This document shows positions 38,560 to 50,462 of a DNA stretch of 64,000 bases, in pieces; the stretch's first letter is position 1, and the number at the start of each line of letters is the position of its first letter. A model generated the notes under the pieces. That model made no database searches, had not been told where the DNA came from, and saw only the letters and a program-made list of their open reading frames with translations. Source of the DNA: Vicugna vicugna (Eukaryota); contig MU058718.1 of the NCBI GenBank assembly GCA_013265495.1, positions 1-64,000 of the forward strand, read 5' to 3'. The position numbers were made by a program, and so were the translations under genes.

Positions 38560-38925
38560 CTGTAGCAAGGTCTTTCATTCCACCTCACCTGATCAGCTTC
38601 CCTTATCCCTCAAGTCTCAGTCCAAATATCACCTCGCTAAGAAAAGCCTCCAGTCTCCAACCACAAAACTAGGATAATTGCAGTTGCACTTATTCTGCAC
38701 AGCTTTGATCAGAATTTCATCTGTATGTGTGTATGTATGTATGTATGTATGTATGTATTTAACTTGTCTCTTTCCACTAAATCAAAAGTTTCTTTTCAAG
38801 AGCTTTGTCTGCCTTCATCACTGTATCTCTAGTACCTCACACTAACATTGCCTCATAACAAGATCTCTATAAACATTTGCTGACTACATAGATAAAGGAA
38901 TGAGCGAATGAACAAATGAACAAAC
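38560..38925 (+). mobile_element. L2 3' end with (ATGT)n
   Basis: CAAGTCTCAGTCCAAATATCACCTC...CATCACTGTATCTCTAGTACCT...GAATGAGCGAATGAAC. Confidence 0.75.
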
Positions 38926-39007
38926 GACCTTGTGGCAAAATCACATTTGGCTAGACAGACCTACAGGAAAATATATAATTTGTCTTTCCTTGAGTTGTTT
39001 AAAATGA

Positions 39008-40700
39008 AATAAGAAAGGAAATAAAGAAACCAATCATAACAGACGTCTGAAGGTCAGGGTTCTAGATCAGAAGCGAATAGAGACAAAATTATAGCAAGAA
39101 AATTAAATAGTTCTAAAGAAACATATTCAGGGGAAAAAGATCTCTGGCAGAACATTTGAAAATATGGTCACGTTTCCCACAATAAACGGGAGCAGTCTAC
39201 CTTTCAAGCAAGCCTTGCGATGCTGGGTCAGCAGTAGTATCATATATATATGATCATCACTGAATGAATGAAAAGATAGTCTTAGTGTGTGCCTTTCTTC
39301 ATCCTTCTGTGTTGGCAACTGTTATGTAAAGATCAAGAAGGGGGCAAGGATAGTCTTACCACAATTTTAAAAATGAGTCTAAAGCCTTAAGGCAAACTGT
39401 TCTTGAAAAAACTCCATTGTGGGAGCCCATGATTGGGTTAACAAATTGTAACAATCCCAGCCACTTATCTCCTTAAAGAAGAGGTGCTTAGTAACTGCCT
39501 AGAGGTTTTATCTATGACCCAGGTCCCTGACTATAAACGCTGGGCGTGCCTGCTGTTAGTCTTCTATCCCCAAAACAGCCTTGGGCTGGAATGGTAAAAA
39601 GCTGCAGACTCAGAGGTGAGAAGGCTGGTTAGCCAATGACTGGTAAGGTCCCTTGAGGGGGCAACCTAAGACAGGCACAGTCGCCTGAGTCCAGGAAAAT
39701 CTTGTGAAGCAGCTGATTCTCATATGTTCCGCCCTGATAGGCTCAACACGATTATGATTCACCAAAAAGGGTCTTTTAACCTTAAGCCAAACACCAACAA
39801 TAAACAAAGCCTTTGTACTCATTGTGATCCCACCCTGTCCTTCCCCAAATTCCTGCTTCAACTGTACTCAATAAATATGAGAGATTTGAGAGGCTCGTGG
39901 AGTTGGTTCCCAACTCCCTCTCGCTCTCTTGACTTTTCCCCAGAGTCTTTAGTAATTCATTCTGTCTCGGTGGGACTTCTGGCCAGAACCCACAACTGGT
40001 GACAAACCCACACTCCATGGCTACTCAGTTGACTTATTGGAAGAAGAAACAAAAAAATGAACTCAAGCTCACAGCTGTGTCTGTCATTATAAGTGAGGCA
40101 AGAAATAAAAACTAGCTTTTCAAAATGAAGTCAAAATCTTCAGAAGCAAACAGGAGATCTAAACCACAAATTAAAGGCTGTTACATTAAACACGGGGGAA
40201 AAAACTGGCTATACTTTCATGAATTACAAAAATAAATAAAAGGAAGTGGCATACAGTGGCTTATATACACTGTTTAACACATATCTTACAACTGGAGAAA
40301 TCAAGTTCCAGAGAGGAAACACATACCAAGTGAGGTTTTTATCATCAAAGCCCAAAGCAGGCTCATTATAGCAAAGTTTCTAGACACAAGGATCAAAGAA
40401 AGAATCCCCAAAGGAGCAAGGTTTAGGGGCCTCATCTTATAGCTTCAACATGAGTCTATCAGAGGAGACATGAAAAAAAGAGGAAGATGACAGTGATAGC
40501 CTACTGAGGAATATGACATAGTGGAGAAAATTTGGCTCCCAGTGCTCAAGGTGCTTGCTGTAGTGAAATTAAGAGAGAAGAGAAAGAAAAAAACGAAACA
40601 CCTGATGACAAGGCAGAACAAGGCAGAATGTAGATGCATCGTCACTATGACTGTATTCTGGTTTCTATGATACCTGTAGGGCTTCTGGCTTCAACTGTAT
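39008..40700 (+). pseudogene. candidate fossil coding segment E, split by solo LTR
   Basis: 39008-39370: 121 codons, 4 internal stops; after the LTR reads LHGYSVDLLEEETK / ELKLTAVSVIISEARNKN*LFKMKSKSSEANRRSKPQ with frameshifts. Confidence 0.35.
39418..40012 (+). mobile_element. solo LTR, ERVK-like (copy 2, 595 bp)
   Basis: TGTGGG...CCCACA termini, 6-bp TSD CTCCAT (39412-39417, 40013-40018); ~96% identical to 24078-24683. Confidence 0.9.
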
Positions 40701-40994
40701 GAACCCCCTTGAATAAAGATCGTGATTCAGAAACACTACATTTTCTTCATAGTTGAGAGTTCGTGTGTTCTTTCAAATGCTTTGTAAGCCGTCAAGTATT
40801 TGCTGACACACTATAGGTAGTCCAAAAGATCATCTTTTAAAAAGGCGATTTTCCTTTTCTTAAGATTCAAACTGAGAAGCCCCACTCCTAATACTTTGAT
40901 TCAGGAAACAGAATGGTGTCCCAAGGCAAACCACTATTTCATCAGGAGAAACTGAGAATTTTAATGAAAAGGCTAGAACAGTAGTGCTTTAGAC

Positions 40995-41552
40995 CAGTGC
41001 TGCTCAAACTACCTGTGATGAAGAAACAGGGTTGTTTTTTTTTTCTAATCTGTCGCAGATGAATATGTTTGCAAAACACAATAAAAATGAATTACGGTTC
41101 TAGAAAAATGAAATTAAAAAACAAAGACATACTAATCATGAGAGAAACATCGGACAAATCTCAATTAAAGGACATTCTACAACACATCTGACTAGTTCTC
41201 CTCAAAGCTATCAAGGCCATCAAAAGACAGCAAAGTCTAAAAAACTGTCACAGCCAAGAGGAGCCTAAGGCATCGCTTCAACTAAATGTAACATAGTGTC
41301 CTGGATGGGATTCTGCAATAGAAAAAGACATTAGGTAAAAACTAAGACAGTCTGAATAAAGTACAGACTATTCATAATAATGTGTCAATATTGGTTCATT
41401 AATTTGTAGCATAAAATTACTATCAAATCTGTAAATGCTATAAAAGAATTTTAACTTCCTACTGTCAGTTTCAGTACTTGTCTCTTGATAGGCTGGTAGC
41501 AAACAGCTCATGGACTCGTGCTAGCCCAGGAACCACACTTTGAATAGCACTG
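40995..41552. mobile_element. hAT-Charlie-type element with nested L1 fragment (about 41125-41405)
   Basis: TIRs CAGTGCTGCTCAAA ... TTTGAATAGCACTG; flanks resemble the NTCTAGAN hAT target. Confidence 0.7.
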
Positions 41553-42024
41553 GTCTAGGCCAGTGCTTCCCAAATACCATGGTGAAGGTTCCACTGGATA
41601 TACAGCCAATAAGAAAAACAGGGATAATGAATTAAGTTTTCCATAAAAACTAATTTAATTTGATATAAGGGACCATCCTATATTCTGAGGTTATCTCCTT
41701 TCCACATATTTAGGGGTACGTGTGTTTGTGTGTGTGTGTGTGTGAAACGAAGAGAGTAGGTGGCAGTTGTCTTTGTTTGGATGTCTTTGCCTACAAATTA
41801 CTGAAAAGTTGCCTCAGCAGTAAAGATATTTATTATTTTTCATGCAAGAAGCCTGCACTTAAAGTTGAGTTTCCAGGAAAGTCAGGTGCTGTGATTCCAA
41901 CAAGTTTCCTCTCATCTTCGCACACTGCCATCTGCCCTTCAGCTGGCTTTCCTCATGGTCCCAAGATGGCTGCCACAGTTCCAGTTGTCCCATGAAGATA
42001 ACAATGTTCAAAAAAGAAAGACTG

Positions 42025-42230
42025 CCAGTGGTTACCATGAAACCAAAGAGGCTTAAACTTTAGAACCCTTCTCTTTCACAGGCTCTTTCCAAGGCCCTGG
42101 AGAGGACCCTATAAATGCACTCATATACTTTTGGAAACTGAAAAAAACAAGACAGTTGTATACCCTTTTCCTTAAAAAAGGGTCCCCAAATTGTATAAGC
42201 TTCAAGGCCCACAACCCGGATCCTACCCTG
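42025..42230. mobile_element. MER53-like hAT element
   Basis: AAAGGGTCCCCAAATTGTATAAGCTTCAAGGCCCACAACCCGGATCCTACCCTG. Confidence 0.6.
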
Positions 42231-43613
42231 AAGAGCACTTTTTCTTCATGTATTATATCTCATTGGCTAAAACTAAATCAAGGCTCACTCCTAACCAAAT
42301 CATTGGCAAGGGAGTTGGGATTACACAACTGGCTTACTCTAATCAAGATTCACTCCTTGCTGCAGAAGAGAAGCCCAGTTAACATGAATGCCCTGGCTAC
42401 CAGATACCTGAACAAAACTGGGATTCTGAAAACAAGGAAGAAGAGAATGAGATTTTAATATGCTGCCAGTGGTGTCTATCATAGACAGGCTTTTTTTCCT
42501 TAATTTTTATTTGCAAAACAAAATATTGGTAACTCCATGTTGGTCCTCCAATTTAAAAAAAAATTTACTGGACCATGAAATTTAAAAATCTGGGAACTTT
42601 TAGGCAAGTCAGTGAAAAGAATGAACATAATTAATAACTTATAATGGCTTAGGTCTGGTTACCTAGAAGTATAGCCTGAGCTGGGACTGGTGAGTCATTT
42701 ACTGAGCAGTGCTCTCTGGAGAAACCTGCAAGGGAGAAGGGTAACAGAGTGGGACAAGAGTGAAAGCTGAGCAAAGCCACAGGTTCATCTGGAGTCTGGC
42801 TTTACACTGATCCCATGGGGAGCTTTGAAATGTGTGTTGCATCACAGAGTTCATCCCTTCTTGAGGCAAGAAGCTTTGTTCCCCACATCAGTCAGTAACT
42901 GGCTAGGTGAGGCGAAGTAGCTAACCTCCCAGACGTCTCTAGATGAGCTAGTTCTCTCCGGACTAGAGCAATTCTCTGGGGAAAGGTGCAGCATGTGTGG
43001 TTTGTTACCAACATGCACAGCAACTGAGGGATGGGTTGGACAGCTCAGTAAAAGGGAGGGTGGGACTCCAGCAATGTAAAATATACACCCTTCCATCGAG
43101 TGGTTTTCTGGTGATCTATTTCAGAGGAAAAAGTGATGGAACAGTTTTGTTCACATAAATATCTATACACTGAACAAGCTGGACTCATGAGCTGTAATCA
43201 TAATGCAACTTAATTTTGTCTTCCACTGTCCCTTCAAATTTATTAGATGGAGCTGGTTCTTCCTTTGCCTCTGAATGAACTCAAACAGTGTCATGACTTT
43301 TCTAATCACTTTTAGGAAATCCTTACTATGACTTGACATAAGCAAAAGCCTTTAGTGAAGTAGAATGTCTGGGCTCCTACACTCCCTCCTTGTCCTGCTT
43401 GCCAACGTTGGTCCCTGACCCCTTAGACAGGGTAGGGAGGAAGAGGTAAGGAAGGCAGGAACCTTCTCTTTGAATGATCTAACATACCCTTGAAGACTGG
43501 TCCTGGCAGATATTTAAAGCTGACTCTTTTGTAGGTAACTTTCATGGTTTCTTCAGACTTCCCAGTCAGAGATCTTTCATTTGTACCTTCCTTAATCTGA
43601 GCAATCATATCTT

Positions 43614-43720
43614 GGTTGGGGGGGGGGGTTAAAATTATTTATTTATTTTTAATGAAGGTACTGGGGATTGAACCCAGGACCTTTTGCATGTAATCTGCCA
43701 CTGAGCTATACCTTCCCCCC
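43614..43720 (-). mobile_element. Vic-1-like SINE (internally deleted)
   Basis: GGTACTGGGGATTGAACCCAGGACC...CTGAGCTATACC; TSD TGA(G/A)CAATCATATCTT. Confidence 0.9.
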
Positions 43721-44129
43721 TGAACAATCATATCTTAAATCTGTCTGGTCTGTCTTACTCCTTCAAGGGCAACTGGTGATTTTTTTTCAGCCTCTGCTAG
43801 GCCCTCATCACCCCTTCAGGACACTCTATCAGGCAGTATGTGTGAGTAGATACCCATACTTTTCTCTCTCACATCTTGGAACACATTCAGGAAGAGTTGA
43901 CTCTACTAAATTTTTATTTGCATGTCAGCAGCTAGCCAGCCAACTTTAGATTTCTGGAACAGAGCTTGTTTCATTAGGCTTAAGTGAGGGGCATCGACTC
44001 ACCATCTCTACTCTTAGCTAGCGGTTGGGGAATTCACATCATAGCTTTCTCCAGTCCTTTCTTTCTCAACCCATCTATGCTCTCAGTGTGGGTGAAGGGT
44101 TTAAGAGCCATTTAACTCTGTGCAGTCCT

Positions 44130-44282
44130 CCACTACTTAAATTTAATCAAAATTACATAAAATTAGAAATTCAGTCACAGTAGATGTATGTCAAGTGTTT
44201 AATAGCTACATGTGTCTAGTGGCTACCATATTGGAAAGCACAGATATAGAACATTTCCATCATTGTAGAAGGTTCCATTGAT
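44130..44282. mobile_element. MER3/MER33-like hAT element
   Basis: AATAGCTACATGTGTCTAGTGGCTACCATATTGGAAAGCACAG..TAGAACATTTCCATCATTG. Confidence 0.75.
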
Positions 44283-44679
44283 TCTTGAACATCTACTTCA
44301 AAGTTACTGCATGGTGGTCTGTCTTAGAACTTTTGCTGTCTGAAACCTATCACACTTTAAAGCCTCAAGCAAAACCTAATAAACTTACACATATAGTTAA
44401 AAATATGAGTGGTATTAATATAACTAAATAGGATTTTCCCATGAATATCATTTCATATATAGTAATCATTACATGCTTAAAGTTGTAAAAATTTACAAAG
44501 ACTACTTCTATCAGTTTGCTTCAGCTTACATTCAATTAATGTGGTATAATTTATCTCAGAGAATATCTTTCATATCATTTAATAGTGCTTGTATTTGTTG
44601 AGTTTGCACTTTTGAAATTACTCTTTGTTATATTTTATGTCCAATGCAACAATACCTTAGCATGGTTCTTTGAAGTGTA

Positions 44680-45317
44680 AATATAGTAATGAAAGTGACC
44701 AAGAATCTAGAACAAATACAGAATATGAATCTAGTCATGCTGGGACAAGTGAATCTGTGAGTGTACTGATTTCCCACAAGTAACCAAAGATGAACAGTGT
44801 AGACAGGACATATAATGAATCTTTGAAATTGAATGATATTCATTCATCAGTTTGTTCTTCTCTAGGTCTCAACATGTTGCCTGCTTTCAAATGTCAAACA
44901 ATAGCATGAATCCTTATTGTAATATTCAAACAAAATATCGTGACCACTCAGGTGAACCAATGATCTGTTCTATTCCAAAACAAGTAGAAAAGAGTGTTCT
45001 CCAATACGAAAGTGATGAAATTTGCTGCTAGATCAAACAATGCTAATATCATTCATTCTTATGAGTCTCATTAAAAGGAGTTGCATATCACGGCATTGCT
45101 GAACAGTAATTGCATAGCAGATGATAAGAATCATATTCAGAGAGAACACAGAAAAAGCTTTTGGCAAAATCCTTTAATGAATGTAGAAGCTAACAACAAA
45201 GGCACGCATGGTGCAAGAGCAGTTACCATCAGTTGTGCACACAGTACTTCTCAGTGGGAGGAAATCACTAATGAGAATCAGGGTGTAAATCAGCCCTCGG
45301 CAAACTGTGGTATATAA
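44680..45317 (+). pseudogene. candidate fossil coding segment F
   Basis: SNESDQESRTNTEYESSHAGTSESVSVLISHK*PKMNSVDRTYNESLKLNDIHSSVCSS / SNNSMNPYCNIQTKYRDHSGEPMICSIPKQVEKSVLQYESDE / ORF 45081-45317. Confidence 0.45.
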
Positions 45318-46289
45318 TATGTGAGTGAGAAGGTCTGGATGACTTTTTGGTCTCCTTCTCCCTGAAAACCCATGCTAATTACTTGCTTGATTACAAAAAT
45401 TCTGCAAGTCATAATCTTACCAGGAAAAGGTGTGCTAAGATCAGCAGTGACAGAGCACCAGGCAGGTACGTAACAAGAATGATATTCAAATAAAAGAGCT
45501 GCAGCTGAGTGCTGATCCGCACTGTGCTTTATTCAGAGAGAATAGTAGGCAGTTTTATACAACACACACACAAATACAGTTGGCTCTGTTTCTGTGGAGA
45601 ACCTTGATTAATACAAGCCCCTTTGGTGACCTCTGAGAAGGTAGACCCTGTACCCGGTGGTATGGGATTTGTCCAAGTCCAGAAGTAACAGGAGGAGCCA
45701 GAACTCCCCGGCACATGGGTGGTTGGCCTGGATGCAGGATCACAGTAAAGGGAATGACCCAGCACTCCCAGAGAGAGGCTGGTCAGACCCAGGGAGCAGA
45801 ACCACGTGGCCACAGTGGAGTTGGGTGGCTTTGATTGTGGGTAAGGTAGAGTAAGTGGCTAAGGAATCAGGATGTGGCATCCAAGGAGATCTCAGGAGGA
45901 GCATAAAGTGTGTCTGAAACTGACCTGAAGCTAACTTTGGGCACCAATTACCCAGATTTTTAATGTTTAATACATAATTTAAAGGTAAAATATCAGGACT
46001 TCTTCGAAAGGCTGAATTGTGTACAATTGGCTCAATCACTAAAGACCTTACATTTTCACAAACTCCTGAGGATTCTTCAGACATCTGACAGATAAATCAA
46101 TGATGTGTTATTCAGCCTATTTTAAATCAGATTCAAAAGCTGCAGCAGTGAATCAATCACTTCCAGAGTCTACTGTGGCCAAAGAATGAATTAAGAATCC
46201 ATTTACCCTGCCTCTGCTAACCCAACACACTCAGACTTCAGTGTTTGAGTATGATATGCTACAGTCCTGGCATCTGTTGGAGCCCTAAA

Positions 46290-47095
46290 ATTGTTCTCTA
46301 TTTCTGCATAACAGATTACTCCCAAACTTAATAGCTTAAAACAACAACAATCATGTATTTGTTTACAATTCTGCGATTTGGAGAGGGTTGGGCAGGGACA
46401 GCTTGTCTCTGAGTCATTGGTGTTGGCTGGGTTAGCCTGACCAGGGGCTGGGCTGCAGGTTTCCCTGCTATCAGAAAGCAAAGCCTTCCTATGAAACCTT
46501 TCATAAGCCAAAATGGCATAAAGCAAAGAAGCAATTATCTTAGGACATATCTTGCTAAGGAGTGTACAAAATAAATCAAGAGAAAGCACAGATGCTCTCA
46601 GATATGGTTCAAAGGAATGATGGCCTGTGGCTGAGAGGCCGAGTGTAGTTCTTGGGAGGGATCTCAGTGGTGCCTTGCTTGCTACTTTGGCGTGTGCTGC
46701 CTGTATAATGGCTGCTGCAAAATAAAGGGTGAACACTAGTTTCACTTTTCATTTTTTCCCTAAAGGTGAAATCCCCGTTGGATTTTTGATTTAGCAAAAA
46801 CAACTAAGGACTAATGTAGGTCTTTCAAAAAAATAAGTGGCATAAAATGAACTTTCGAAAGTCGAAGGATACCTCTATCTGAGAATGGCCTTATTCATAC
46901 AGCAGGCAGTCAGTCCTAGCTGTTGGCTGGGAGCACAGCTGGGGCTGTCCCTAGGACACTGTGGTTCTCCTGCATGTGTGGGCTTGAACAGTCTCAGTGC
47001 ATGATGGCTGGGTTCCAAAAAGGAGCATTTCTAAGGGGAACACTACAGAGAGGATGGAAGAGATTTCACCTCTTGATGAGATGAGTAGCAGAGGA
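46290..47095 (-). mobile_element. MaLR/ERVL-type LTR interrupted by a Tigger
   Basis: CTATTTCTGCATAACAGATTACTCCCAAACTTAATAGCTTAAAACAAC...CTGTTGGCTGGGAGCACAGCTGGGGCTG. Confidence 0.65.
46456..46876. mobile_element. TcMar-Tigger-type non-autonomous element
   Basis: Inverted termini CAGGTTTCCCTGCTATCAGAAAG ... CTTTCGAAAGTCGAAGGATACCT. Confidence 0.6.
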
Positions 47096-47934
47096 TTATT
47101 GAAAATGGCTGTGGGATAGGGGATGCTGCTGTTTAAAAATAGGGGGTCCATATCCATGCAAATAGTAGTGAGAATGATCTGAAAGAAAAACCAACACCTG
47201 CTGCTATTCTCAGCCGCCTATGGTTGTGAGAAAAGAAACCAATGTGACCTACAGTTCAAGTCATCCATCATCATGCTGACTTGACAAAAATTGCTCACGT
47301 CATCCCTCTTAAAAATCTGAACTGATCATCATAAATTTTGAATATTACTTTTTACTAGTGGGTGATCTTTTAAGATTTTCACCTAAAATTTTTAGTTCAC
47401 AAGTGTGCCAAACACTGATAAGGGGTCCAATGAGGCCTAAACTGTGAGAAAAACTGCCTTGTGCACATCTGTGAAATAATTACAGAGAAGATGGTCTCAT
47501 CTGGCCTTCTAAGTTATAAGATTTAAATATCAACTGACTGTTGAGAGTCCTGAAAGCAAGAGACATTGCTGTACTAATGGCTAAGCTATTTCCCAAGGAC
47601 TTGGTACAGGTTCCCAGGGAGGCTATAAGCACATTAAAGACAATTAGAGACACAAACCATCACCATTATGTTCCCAGTTTATGCTCTCAGAAACCTCATA
47701 GGGTATTTAAATATCAAAATTTAAAAATGTGCCCTTCCCGCAAATGAATAAGGTCAATAGATAATCAATAGAGATTAGAATAAAAAATTCAAAGATCTAT
47801 TTATCCCCACAATTCACAGAAAATTGGCTTTGGGAATGGAGATTATGATAATAATGATGACCAGCATGCACTGAGTGTTTACTGAGTTCAAGTGTTAAGC
47901 TAAGCACTTAATTTCATTCTAACCTTGTTACTAC

Positions 47935-48279
47935 TATCTTAGTCTGCGCTGCTTTAACAGAAATACCCTAGAATGGGTAGGTTATAAACAACAGAAGTTT
48001 AGTTCTCACAGTTCTGGAGCCTGGAAGTCTGAGACAAGGGCACCAGCATGGTCGAGGTCTGCTGAAAGCCCTCTGTCTGGAGGCAGCCTTCTAGTTGCAC
48101 CTTTAAATGGTAGAGAGAAGCAAGCTCTTGGTAGAAACACTAAACCACTCAGGAGGGCTCCATCCTCATGACCTCATCTAATCCTAAATACCTCCCAATA
48201 TCATCACACTGGGGATAGAGGTAAAGGGTAGGTTTCAACATATGAATATTAGGGGGACACAAACATTCAGTCCATGACA
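47935..48279 (-). mobile_element. MLT1A-type LTR
   Basis: TCTTAGTCTG...TTCTCACAGTTCTGGAGCCTGGAAGTCTGAGA...GGGGGACACAAACATTCAGTCCATGACA. Confidence 0.85.
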
Positions 48280-48945
48280 ACTACCCTGCAAGACAGGAAT
48301 CATTGTACTCAGTTAGCAGACAAGAAACCCAAGCAGGAAAAAAAAGTCAAATAAATTGCCCGGCTACTTGATAGTTTTATAGTTCGATATTGAGTGTGTC
48401 TAACTCCAAAGCCGTAACTTCAGCAGAATACCACAGGGAAGATTCTGTGGGCTGCTGGAAATGAAGAGCCTCCAGAAGAAGTTGGGAGTGATGCCTCCAC
48501 TAGAAGTAAAAGATACACTCAGAGAAGTGAGGAATCTGCACTTGTGATTCATGAACATCTAGGGCAGAGATCATTTACTTGATCACAAAAGGGAGATACG
48601 GCCCCTGGGATCCCAGCAAGAGCATCAGAAGACACAGCCAGGATAAATGAGAGGATTTTTCAGGCATCATAAACTAATGGGCGGATTTTCACAAAGTTCA
48701 GACGGTGGCAACATGCAGAACAGGAATAGAAAAGGGCTGAATTTACATTTTATGTTGATAAAATATATTGCTGTTAAACTCAGTGGTCAAGATTGAGTTC
48801 CAGGTTCCAGATTCTTCTTGGAATGCAGGGAGAGGAGGGATTACATCAACTCAGTCATATTATATAAGATTATTTAAATGAAAAACATGGAGCAAATTTG
48901 AACTGATATGGGTATATAAGACATCCTCCCATCTGTGATTCCTAG

Positions 48946-49116
48946 GGAAGAGTTTGTGGACTTTGCTGACACCAAAGTCTTTACTTACAGATACTGCAAC
49001 ACCACGCTCTCACAGTCTGCTGGAAAGTTCACACACCCACAGGAGATGATCGCTTCTATTAATATAGATGAAGAGAGGACTTAAAACAGGATTCAACTGG
49101 ACTTGAATTACCTGAG
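48946..49116 (+). pseudogene. candidate fossil exon (171 nt, phase 2-2) or end of a larger exon
   Basis: Acceptor-like CTGTGATTCCTAG, consensus donor GAG/GTAAGT; EEFVDFADTKVFTYRYCNTTLSQSAGKFTHPQEMIASINIDEERT*NRIQLDLNYL with one TAA (49082). Confidence 0.45.
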
Positions 49117-49319
49117 GTAAGTTCAGTTATGTAAACTGAGTCAGACAGAGCTTACAATAAACCCAATAATGACTTTGAACTGCATAAATATTTAACAGAA
49201 AAGTTTACAAAATGCTTTCCTGATTTGTTAATAGTTACTACAATCTTCTGAAATTAATAATTTAATAAATCCCATAGGATGAATAAATGTTCTGTCATTC
49301 AGTTCTCTAGAAGACTTTG

Positions 49320-50410
49320 CATTGAATGTTTGTTAGAACTTGTCCTCAGAATTATCTGGAGCAGCTGTTTTCTTTATGAGAATCCCATTTGAAATGACCA
49401 ATTCCATGCGTTTAAAGGAATACGCAGGACTGAGTTTGGTTTTTCTTAGTTAATTTTGGTAAATTACTTTTTTTCTAGTTCACTTATTATTTACTTTAAA
49501 ATTTTTTGTCATGAGTTTTTCTCTTAATTTCCTTCTAATCTCTGCTGCTCCTTATGTTATGTCCCAGTTATTCCCAGTATAGCATTTTTGTACCTTTTCT
49601 CTCTTTTTCTTAACTAATCTTCCAGAGGTATGTTAATTTTAATAGTCATTTCAAAGAACCAATTTTTCCTTTTTGATTCTTTTTTACCTTTGTTTTCTGT
49701 TTCATTAATTTCTGCTTTATTATTTTCATACTTCTACCATACTTCTATTCTCTTGTTACTTTAAAGACTTATAAATTAGCTGCTTAGCTCATTAATTCTC
49801 GGTCTTTTGGCTTTTCTAAATTATCCATTTAAGATTATAAGTTTCCCTCTATATATTGCTATCACTGTCTCCAAACTTTTTATATGTAGCATTTGTTTTT
49901 ATTTTTCAGTTCTATGTATTTTAAATTTTCATTATGATTTCTCCTTTTGCCTGTGAATAATTTAGCAGTTTATTTGAAAACTCGCTAGCATATAAGATTT
50001 TCATGGTCATCTTTTTACAAGCTGATTTGATTTTTAACTGCATTGTGGTCGGAAATTGTGGTTCCAATTCTTCAAAATGTATTGACATTTAAATTGTGGA
50101 CTATTAAATAGTCAAGTTTCATAAGGTTCTGTATGGCATGAAAAGAACGTGTCTTCTCCAATTGGTTTATGGAGTTGTACCTATGTCCATTAGATCGAAC
50201 TTGTTAATTGTCTTATTCAAAATCTATCTTTACTGATATTTTCATTGACTTGATCTATTCATTACTGGGTGAGTGAGCTAAAATCTTTCATTATGACAGG
50301 AGATTTATGTATTTCTTTTTATAGTTCTATCAATTTTTGATTTATATATTTTGAAGCTATATTATTAATTCAAATTTAGAATTGTTATAAACATTCTTCT
50401 GGTTAATTTG
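49320..50410 (-). mobile_element. old L1M ORF2 (endonuclease region) fragment
   Basis: T-rich antisense L1 motifs TTTCAAAGAACCAA, TTTCATTAATTTCTGCT, TTAACTGCATTGTGGTC, GAAAAGAACGTGTCTTCT. Confidence 0.75.
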
Positions 50411-50462
50411 TGTGTGATATATTATATATACATAATTACAGGCATACACACACACACGTGCT

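Noticed and set aside
24078..40012. Full-length provirus between the two matching LTRs
   Set aside because: Each LTR has its own distinct TSD, there is no PBS or gag-pol-env, and the interval is full of much older repeats
46203..46745. 180-aa minus-strand ORF, the longest in the track
   Set aside because: Runs across a Tigger element and its host LTR; chance ORF
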